From: an uncultured Butyricicoccus sp.
GTDB taxonomy: Bacteria > Bacillota > Clostridia > Oscillospirales > Butyricicoccaceae
Direction: 5' to 3'
NCBI GenBank assembly: GCA_944384655.1
Contig: CALWUF010000060.1
Coordinates: forward strand, 6,102 to 70,101
Length of the DNA stretch: 64,000 bases
The notes under the pieces were generated by a model that was not told the origin of the DNA, searched no databases, and worked only from the letters and a program-made list of their open reading frames with translations. Every line of letters begins with the position of its first letter. Positions within the stretch are counted from its first letter, which is position 1. This document shows, in pieces, positions 56,658 to 64,000 of this stretch. Position numbers and translations under genes: made by a program.

Positions 56658-57257
56658 TCAGTTTTTCTGTCGCAATTGTCCGAGAACCAGTTGTTTACAC
56701 TGTTCAAAATAATCGTCGAGTGCAAAAGCATCTTCGTCTACAAGATATTGTAATGTTGCACCCTCCATCATAGAAACCATCAATACACTTAAAAACCTGC
56801 GCCGATGCTGTGAAACCTGCGGCGCATACCGCGCAATGACACGGCTGATTTCTTCGCGCCACTGACGAAAGGAAACAGCAAATCGTTCACGAATTTCCTC
56901 ATCCAGATGCGTCTGTGTCCAGAAATCAATTTCTGCATAGTCATATTTGGTCTCATACAAAATGAATTGTTTTTTCTGTTCAAAAAAGATATCGAGTTGA
57001 GCATCCAGTTCCGCATCCGCCTGCTCACGCAGTTCTGCACGGATATCCAGACAACGCTGCTGCAATCGATGCAGCACAGCCAACAAGAGATCCCGTTTGG
57101 ATTTGAAATAATAATGAATATTCGATTGAAAAAGACCCGCATATTGCGCCACAAGGTGGATCCGCGTGCCGCTGATTGTGTGCTCCTGTACGACGTCCAG
57201 CGCAGCATCAAGAATTTTGTCCTCTGTTGACATCGCCTTATCACTTTGTAGTTTCAT
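56658..57257 (-). CDS. TetR/AcrR family regulator
   Basis: ILDAAL..VAQYAG..SNIHYYFKSKRDL HTH. Confidence 0.9.
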   Translation of the reverse strand: MKLQSDKAMSTEDKILDAALDVVQEHTISGTRIHLVAQYAGLFQSNIHYYFKSKRDLLLAVLHRLQQRCLDIRAELREQADAELDAQLDIFFEQKKQFILYETKYDYAEIDFWTQTHLDEEIRERFAVSFRQWREEISRVIARYAPQVSQHRRRFLSVLMVSMMEGATLQYLVDEDAFALDDYFEQCKQLVLGQLRQKN

Positions 57258-57547
57258 ATATACAACTCTTTCTCCTATCGTATTCTATATCCTTCCGTGA
57301 ATCCCATTCCCCATATTGATTGAATGCGTGCGCAGATATGCCATGCATGTTCTGGAACAGGATACCAAAATCAAGTATAATCTGTCCCAAGTATTTGTGC
57401 AAGTCCTTTTTATATAACCGTGTTGTGAAAAATAACAACCTGTTTCACATACGCCATATATCTTTGTTTTTTATTTTACACAGATGCAACACAGCGGTGA
57501 GTGTATAGACTAACCTCTTTGTGCAATAGTGGATATAGATTGCATGA

Positions 57548-58645
57548 TCAGGACTCGCAAAATGAATGTGCTATATCAAAAACACTTTGTAATCCATTCG
57601 GTATCGTGCCAGTAAAGATGTACTGTAAATAATTCAAATCATGGTCGTGTCCTGGAAAAGTGAAAATATGCAAATTAGATTTACCTCTTTTCTTGAAATC
57701 ATTACGAATTTTATCAATGTCAGAGATAGGGATATTTGCGTCATCTTCACCCTGAAAAATATATATCGGTACAGTTAATGAACACATGATTGTTGATATA
57801 TTAGGCAAAGCGAAATGTTCTTTACACCATTTTGAAGTTATTTGAACTGAATAATTATTTCTTAACCATTCATCATCATTATCCTCTATGGCTCGACATA
57901 CTTGCTTTTTATAGTCTGCTATTTGTAATGCAAAATCATTCTGTGTAAGTTTTCCGTCTTTATCTATATCCAAATCTTCAAATTCCACATCTTGAAAAAG
58001 AGAAGAACGAACGTTTAATTTATCATGGATAAAATCTGATTTTTCTATAAATCCTTTTTCCCTGCAATCAAAATACTTACACATATTAACCATTGAACTT
58101 CCACCGCTTAATTGCCAATCAAGAGTATCTTTCATATTTTCATAAGAAAAACCCAAAAGCAGCAATCCGTCAATATCATTACACTGTGCCATTGCAAATG
58201 GAATCAGGGTAGCACCCTCACTAATTCCCATAAGCAATATTTTAGATTTCTTAAATTGTGGTAATGCCTTTATATAATTTTTCACAGTTATAATATCCTG
58301 AATAGATGTTGACGGACAATAAGTTGCATATTGCTCCATGTTGATAGACACAAAATCTGGCGGAACATCTGATATACTGCATCCTCTAGTGTTCCAACGA
58401 CAAAAGGCAATATTACGCCTGCAAAATTCGTCAACAAACAAATCAAAATAATTAAACTGTTTTCCTGCAATCTCTCTATGATTATCATAAGTATTAGCAC
58501 CGCTACCATGACAGAAAATGATAACACTTTCACTGTTTGCAGGATAATCTATTTTGACATCAAGGTTGTAGTTGTCATGTGCCTGCACCTGAACTATTGT
58601 GGTTTGCTTCACAAACTTCACACTCCCAAGCTCTGAAATTTTCAT
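57548..58645 (-). CDS. Alpha/beta hydrolase in an AT-rich segment
   Basis: HGSG oxyanion motif, GISEG nucleophile elbow, QGEDD acid, GHDH His. Sampled lines are 27-40% GC versus 45-55% nearby. Confidence 0.85.
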   Translation of the reverse strand: MKISELGSVKFVKQTTIVQVQAHDNYNLDVKIDYPANSESVIIFCHGSGANTYDNHREIAGKQFNYFDLFVDEFCRRNIAFCRWNTRGCSISDVPPDFVSINMEQYATYCPSTSIQDIITVKNYIKALPQFKKSKILLMGISEGATLIPFAMAQCNDIDGLLLLGFSYENMKDTLDWQLSGGSSMVNMCKYFDCREKGFIEKSDFIHDKLNVRSSLFQDVEFEDLDIDKDGKLTQNDFALQIADYKKQVCRAIEDNDDEWLRNNYSVQITSKWCKEHFALPNISTIMCSLTVPIYIFQGEDDANIPISDIDKIRNDFKKRGKSNLHIFTFPGHDHDLNYLQYIFTGTIPNGLQSVFDIAHSFCES

Positions 58646-58948
58646 AAAGATATGATACCTCTATCCAATATCGCCTACAATGGAAATATGCAATACGGAT
58701 TATTTTTTCCAGTTGTCCCTGCGGATTGCCTGCGAATATCTTTTTTGTATTTCAGCTTTATCTCAGATATGAAAAAACGGTCAACCATATCTTCATATCA
58801 TATGAACTCAGTCATAACTCATTTCAATCACACTTGAATAAAAATCTAAAGCATTTATATGGTATTCCTTTTTCCTCTTGATTTATATAAATACACAAAA
58901 CCCGCCTCCGGAAGATCTCCGAAGGCGGGCAACACATGATTTGACGGG

Positions 58949-60277
58949 TTAAAGGATCTGATCTTCCGTGCACAACTTGCCAGAATAGCGTGTAACGCAG
59001 AACGGCTCTGTACGGCTTTCAGCGTGAATCCCCAGCTCGCTCAACAGCGAAACCATTTCATTGCACACATCCAAATTATGGTCTTTGTGTGCGATAGAAA
59101 CACGCATTGTACCGTTATAGGAACTGATGAGCAGCGCATAGGTCTGTGCAGCGCTCGGCAGGATCGCACCATATTCTTCGACATATGGCAACATAGAATC
59201 CGGCAGCGAGAACCGACCGACATTGGTAACAAGGAAGCTATCCTGAAGGACAAAATTGCGTGCAACTTCGATGCCTTCCTTTACTTTTTCCTCCAGCGGC
59301 ATGTTGCGCTCATGCAGCTCCAGACAGACTCCACTTGCCGCTTTTCCACGATACAAAAGCTGTTCCGGCACAAGCTGAGTCATAAGGAAATCATGCATCT
59401 TACAACATGCCTCTTCCAGCGGGAGCGACTCATATTCTGTCAGATAAGGCAAGTCAATAAAACAGATAAAATAGCGCGTCGTACTGCTTGGGATAACCTG
59501 ACGCAGATCAACTGGAATTTGTGAAATGACCGGCTTATCCGCGCCATTTGCGTATTTGCGGTAAAATGCACGGCTGAATACCGGCGTGAGCACAGTCAAC
59601 GGGCTGACACCCAATTTTTTTGTAACAGCACGCAGTTCGGAAAACGGGAAGATGATATCCGTTACAACCTCTGCCACGTCGCCGAGGTTTGTCAGTCCTT
59701 CTGCATGCAATGCCTCTGGCTTCTGATAAATACCATCCGCTTTCGGCTCCATCTCCTGCAAAGCGCGGAACGCATCCTCACTCTCCTCACGTGTATACAT
59801 AGTATCCAGTGCACGGATGGTGCCATCATTCTTTACGGGCTTGCCACACTCCTGCAAATACAGGAACAATACGCAGCGAATGAATTCTTCAAAACCTCTG
59901 CCGTCACTGATGCTGTGCTGATATTCCATATAAATGGTATTGTCACGATAGCCGACAAGGAACAGATAATGATGCGTATCCGCAGAACCGATGGCATAGC
60001 GATATTCCACACCTGCCGGGTCAAACGGCAACACAACCGGGTCCTCCCCGTTGACATAGCACTGATATGACGTCTCTGTTTTTTCGATGCCAATACACAT
60101 GTGCGGGAACCGCAACAACGCAATGCGCACTGCTTTCAGCAGACAGTCCGGATCGACCGGCTCGCTCATACGGATGGTGTGCCGCGGCACACAGGCAACC
60201 GTAGATTCTGTATTATAAAGAAAAATTTTTCCATAGCTATCCGTCATAGTCAGTGGATTGATTCGCAAATCAGTCAT
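58949..60277 (-). CDS. CoA-dependent acyltransferase (condensation/alcohol acetyltransferase-like)
   Basis: HxxxDG motif (HSISDG), VDLR, TNVG. 442 aa two-lobed size. Confidence 0.75.
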   Translation of the reverse strand: MTDLRINPLTMTDSYGKIFLYNTESTVACVPRHTIRMSEPVDPDCLLKAVRIALLRFPHMCIGIEKTETSYQCYVNGEDPVVLPFDPAGVEYRYAIGSADTHHYLFLVGYRDNTIYMEYQHSISDGRGFEEFIRCVLFLYLQECGKPVKNDGTIRALDTMYTREESEDAFRALQEMEPKADGIYQKPEALHAEGLTNLGDVAEVVTDIIFPFSELRAVTKKLGVSPLTVLTPVFSRAFYRKYANGADKPVISQIPVDLRQVIPSSTTRYFICFIDLPYLTEYESLPLEEACCKMHDFLMTQLVPEQLLYRGKAASGVCLELHERNMPLEEKVKEGIEVARNFVLQDSFLVTNVGRFSLPDSMLPYVEEYGAILPSAAQTYALLISSYNGTMRVSIAHKDHNLDVCNEMVSLLSELGIHAESRTEPFCVTRYSGKLCTEDQIL

Positions 60278-60480
60278 ATTTACCTCCGATGGGAATAATT
60301 AAACAAAACATTGTCACATGTCTCTTATTGTCACATTTTTCTCTCCAAGTCTATTATATTCACTTTCCATGCACATGAAAATAGCTGGATTAAACAAATT
60401 TTACTGTCAGATACCTAAAGTTTTGTCTTCCAAACTATATTTGTGTATAATTTGGGAACATGCTGAACACTATGATGTCA

Positions 60481-60521
60481 AAAACCCCCGGTTTCGAGCA
60501 AAAGCAAAACCAGGGGTTTTT
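60481..60521 (-). terminator. Terminator after acpP
   Basis: AAAACCCCCGGTTT..AAACCAGGGGTTTT stem with a T tail on the minus strand. Confidence 0.7.
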
Positions 60522-60532
60522 GGGGTATTTCT

Positions 60533-60757
60533 TTACTGATTATTCTCAATATACTTGACAATATCACCGATGGTGTTCAGCTTCATTGCTTCCTCATCTT
60601 CGATCGTAACGCCATAACTTTCCTCAAGATCCATCATCAGCTCAACGATGTCCAGAGAATCCGCCTTCAGATCTTCCTTGATGCTGGTGTTCTCATTCAG
60701 TGTGCTGACATCTACATCAAACTTTTCTGCAAGCAGTTCGCAAATCTTCTCGTACAT
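60533..60757 (-). CDS. acpP: Acyl carrier protein
   Basis: DLKADSLDIVEL phosphopantetheine site, acidic 74 aa. Confidence 0.96.
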   Translation of the reverse strand: MYEKICELLAEKFDVDVSTLNENTSIKEDLKADSLDIVELMMDLEESYGVTIEDEEAMKLNTIGDIVKYIENNQ

Positions 60758-60777
60758 AATTCATTCTCCTTTATGTC

Positions 60778-61578
60778 TTATAAATTTGTATCGTTGAAAA
60801 CTCCGATTTTTCGGAATTTCTCATACCGTTGCTGACGCAATGCATCGCCGGATAAACCACTCAACCGTTTCAAAGAATCCGTCAAAGCAGATTTGATGTT
60901 GCGGAAATATGCTGTACGGCTTCTTCCCTCGCTGATAATTCCCTCAATCATACCGAAACGGTACAGATCACGTGCTGTAATTTGCAACGCCTCCGCCGCC
61001 TCCAGTTCACGCGAAGCATCCTTCCACAGGATGCTGGCGCAACCGCGCGGGGAAATGACTGAATAAATCGCATTCTGCATCATGTATACTTCATTTGCCA
61101 CAGCAATGGCAAGTGCACCGCCACTGCCGCCTTCACCCGTAACAACGGACACAACCGGGGTACGCAGACCCATAAATTCATACAGGTTGCGTGCAATCGC
61201 CTCACCCTGTCCGCGTTCCTCCGCGCCGACGCCGCAAAATGCGCCTGCTGTATCCACAAAGCAAATGACCGGGCGTTGAAATTTTTCGGCCTGCCGTGCC
61301 AGACGCAATGCCTTACGATAACCTTCCGGATGTGCCATGCCGAAATTGGCTTCAATATTCTGCGCTGTCGTATGACCCTTCCGCTGACCAATAACTGTTA
61401 CAGGCGTGCCGTTCAAGCGTGCGATACCGCCAAGCATTGCCCGATCATCGCCATACAAACGGTCACCATGCAGTTCGATAAAGTCGTGAAAGACCTCATG
61501 TACAATGTCATCTATGTTGGGACGTGCAGCATCATGGATGATATGAAGTTGTTTTTCCATGTTCTGTTCCATGCTCAT
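60778..61578 (-). CDS. accA: Acetyl-CoA carboxylase carboxyltransferase alpha
   Basis: ELHGDR, PEGYRKA, DTAGA, GEGGSGGAL. Confidence 0.95.
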   Translation of the reverse strand: MSMEQNMEKQLHIIHDAARPNIDDIVHEVFHDFIELHGDRLYGDDRAMLGGIARLNGTPVTVIGQRKGHTTAQNIEANFGMAHPEGYRKALRLARQAEKFQRPVICFVDTAGAFCGVGAEERGQGEAIARNLYEFMGLRTPVVSVVTGEGGSGGALAIAVANEVYMMQNAIYSVISPRGCASILWKDASRELEAAEALQITARDLYRFGMIEGIISEGRSRTAYFRNIKSALTDSLKRLSGLSGDALRQQRYEKFRKIGVFNDTNL

Positions 61579-62435
61579 TCCCCCCGCTTGGCTTTGCAAC
61601 CGTGCATGGCGAGCAGACTGGCAAGCGTCTGCTTCATGCGGCTGCGCGGTACAATTGCGTCACAGAAACCGTGCTCGAGCACAAATTCTGCGGATTGAAA
61701 TTCTTCCGGCAGTTTTTCACCGATGGTTCCTTCAATCACGCGCCGTCCGGCAAAACCGACTGTCGCGCCCGGCTCAGCTAAAATAATATCACCCAGCATG
61801 GCAAAACTCGCTGTCACGCCGCCTGTGGTTGGATCCGTCAACACGGTGATGTACAGACCGCCTGATTCTGAATGCTTGGCAGCCGCACCGCTGACCTTTG
61901 CCATCTGCAATAGGGAGAACATCCCCTCTTGCATACGGGCGCCGCCGGAACAGGTGAACAGAATAACCGGAAGCGCACGCTCTGCCGCATATTCAAACAA
62001 CCGTGTCAGCTTTTCGCCTACGACACTGCCCATCGATGCCATCATGAAATGGCTGTCCATCACGCCAATGCATGCCTTGATGCCGCTGATGCGGCATGTA
62101 CCAGTCACAACTGCATCATTCATACCGGTTTTTTCGCGCAGGGCAGCAATTTTTTCCGCATAACCCTCAAAGCCGAGCGGATCTGCCGTCTCCAAGGAGT
62201 CAAATAACTCGCGAAATGAATCCCGATCCGCAATCTGCCGGATACGCGTGCGCGCCAGCAGGCGACCATGTGCGCCGCAAGTCGGACAGACATACAGATT
62301 TTTACCATATTTCGCGGCGGAAAGCTGTGCGCCGCACTTTTTGCACACAACAGACACAGGGCTATCCTTTTGTCCTGTTTTGGACTTGATTTGTCTGGAA
62401 TTTTCCCGCGTCTTTGGAAATAAATCAATCAGCAA
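61575..62435 (-). CDS. accD: Acetyl-CoA carboxylase carboxyltransferase beta
   Basis: Zn finger CKKC..CPTC, MASMGSVVGEK, SGGARMQEG, PTTGGVTASFA. Confidence 0.96.
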   Translation of the reverse strand: MLIDLFPKTRENSRQIKSKTGQKDSPVSVVCKKCGAQLSAAKYGKNLYVCPTCGAHGRLLARTRIRQIADRDSFRELFDSLETADPLGFEGYAEKIAALREKTGMNDAVVTGTCRISGIKACIGVMDSHFMMASMGSVVGEKLTRLFEYAAERALPVILFTCSGGARMQEGMFSLLQMAKVSGAAAKHSESGGLYITVLTDPTTGGVTASFAMLGDIILAEPGATVGFAGRRVIEGTIGEKLPEEFQSAEFVLEHGFCDAIVPRSRMKQTLASLLAMHGCKAKRGE

Positions 62436-62463
62436 CTGTCATCCCTCCCAGCAACGCTGTATC

Positions 62464-63810
62464 TCAGTGTTTTGTATCAAACGTGCCGTCTTCGATCGAA
62501 TTTGTGTGGAACTGAGCCGTTTCAAACGCTTCCGACAATAAAATAGAGAGCTGATAATCCGTATTGGTCACAATGCCTTCAAACAGCATCTCGGACAGTG
62601 CACGTCTCATGCGCGCCAGCGCTTGTGCGCGGTCACAGCCAAACGTGATCAGCTTCCCTATCATACTATCATAAAACGGAGGAATTGTATACCCCTGATA
62701 AACAGCGGTATCCACACGCACGCCTGCACCGCCTGCCAAATGCATTGAATGAATTGTGCCCGGCTGCGGACGGAACTGCGCATCTTCTGCATTGATGCGG
62801 CATTCAATGGCATGTCCGAACCGCGGCACATCTTCCTGTGCAATATCCAACGTCTCACCAAAAGCAATGCGCAATTGCCATGCGACAAGATCAATGCCTG
62901 TGAGCACCTCAGTGACTGGGTGCTCAACCTGGATACGTGTATTCATTTCGCAAAAATAAAAATTCTGCTCACTATCCACAAGGAATTCAACAGTTCCTGC
63001 ACCAACATATCCCGCACGCTTTGCCAGGCGCACCGCACAGTCACACATATTGCGGCGATGCTCCTCGTCCAGAAACGGCGAAGGCGCTTCCTCAATCAAT
63101 TTCTGATGGCGGCGCTGAATGGAACATTCGCGGTCATACAGATGAATCACATTGCCTTCATTGTCTCCCAACACCTGCACCTCGATATGGCGCGGCTTTG
63201 AGATGAATTTTTCCATATACAACCGTCCGTCGCCAAAATTGACAACGGCTTCACTGGAAGCCGATTCAAACGCTTCCTTGAGCTGTGTCTCATTTTCAGC
63301 GACGCGGATGCCCTTTCCGCCGCCGCCCGCAGATGCTTTGAGCATAACCGGATAGCCGATCTTCTCCGCCCAATGCGCAGCGTCCTCAATGGTCTCAACA
63401 ATACCATCCGAACCTTCCGCCAGCGGGACGCCAGCTTCACGCGCCATATCACGTGCTGAAGTCTTGTCACCCAGCGCACGGATGGTTTTCTCTCTCGGTC
63501 CGATGAACGCCAAACCATTTTCTGCACACGCGCGCGCAAAATCCGCGTTTTCTGACAGAAATCCATACCCCGGATGAATGGCCTGTGCACCCGCGCCAAT
63601 CGCCGCTTCAATGATATTGCTGATGTTGAGATAACTCTCCTGCGATGGTGCAGGACCAATGCAAACCGCCTCGTCTGCAATCTGCGCATGCAGTGCCTCT
63701 TTGTCCGCCTCTGAATACACGGCGACGCTGAGAACGCCAAGATCACGACAGGCGCGGATGATACGCACAGCAATTTCACCGCGGTTGGCAATCAATATCT
63801 TGGTAAACAT
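62464..63810 (-). CDS. accC: Biotin carboxylase
   Basis: ANRGEIA, HPGYGFLSEN, GGGGKG, EMNTRIQVEH, YDSMIGK. Confidence 0.97.
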   Translation of the reverse strand: MFTKILIANRGEIAVRIIRACRDLGVLSVAVYSEADKEALHAQIADEAVCIGPAPSQESYLNISNIIEAAIGAGAQAIHPGYGFLSENADFARACAENGLAFIGPREKTIRALGDKTSARDMAREAGVPLAEGSDGIVETIEDAAHWAEKIGYPVMLKASAGGGGKGIRVAENETQLKEAFESASSEAVVNFGDGRLYMEKFISKPRHIEVQVLGDNEGNVIHLYDRECSIQRRHQKLIEEAPSPFLDEEHRRNMCDCAVRLAKRAGYVGAGTVEFLVDSEQNFYFCEMNTRIQVEHPVTEVLTGIDLVAWQLRIAFGETLDIAQEDVPRFGHAIECRINAEDAQFRPQPGTIHSMHLAGGAGVRVDTAVYQGYTIPPFYDSMIGKLITFGCDRAQALARMRRALSEMLFEGIVTNTDYQLSILLSEAFETAQFHTNSIEDGTFDTKH

Positions 63811-63815
63811 GAAGC

Positions 63816-64000
63816 TCAATCTCCAATTGCACAGGTAAATGTACCCTGTGCCGCCTTTTCATCACCGACGTAAGCCACACCATCTGCAACAACAATGCTG
63901 CCACGGATCTTCACCAACTGAACCTTGAGCGTCAGCGTATCGCCCGGCAACACCTTGCGGCGGAATTTGATCTTATCCCACGACGCAAAATATCCGGTTT
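63816..64000 (-). CDS. fabZ: 3-hydroxyacyl-ACP dehydratase (5' part outside the window)
   Basis: Manual translation: TGYFASWDKIKFRRKVLPGDTLTLKVQL..GVAYVGDEKAAQGTFTCAIGD*. Confidence 0.88.
   Translation of the reverse strand, partial: TGYFASWDKIKFRRKVLPGDTLTLKVQLVKIRGSIVVADGVAYVGDEKAAQGTFTCAIGD

Noticed and set aside
57241-57438. 65-aa ORF upstream of tetR, and a stop-interrupted frame at 58652-58820
   Set aside because: No SD or motif. Cannot be supported as genes or pseudogenes without a search.
1-64000. CRISPR array, rRNA, tRNA, tandem repeats
   Set aside because: No regularly spaced direct repeats or structural-RNA signatures were seen in any intergenic region, and all gaps are under about 500 bp.

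Overview
A 64-kb chromosomal window from a clostridial Firmicute, probably an Oscillospirales/Ruminococcaceae-type gut anaerobe (inferred from gene content and order). It is mostly housekeeping: the cell-division/ileS cluster, miaB-mutS-mutL-miaA-hfq, a radical SAM pair, a queuosine operon with a preQ1-like riboswitch, cysK/metY, hemB, and the end of the fab/acc operon. Two systems stand out. (1) A 1,920-bp serine-recombinase element (19332-21251) sits inside a Cys-rich, probably sporulation-specific gene. It is bounded by a TTC direct repeat and 20-bp terminal inverted repeats. In-silico excision rejoins ORFs 21150..21716 and 18912..19439 into one in-frame 289-aa gene with a sigK-like promoter, which resembles a minimal skin-type developmental excision element. 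Excision would also replace the recombinase C-terminus with a tail ending in ...SFAA, a possible degron. (2) An inositol cluster has iolD, iolB and an iolG-like gene but no iolC/iolJ/iolA. Instead it carries a split transketolase and a 4-hydroxybutyrate module (4hbD, cat2, abfD), suggesting a transketolase-dependent inositol-to-acetoacetyl-CoA (butyrate) route. No rRNA, tRNA, CRISPR array, IS transposase or prophage was recognised. All calls were made by eye, without database searches.
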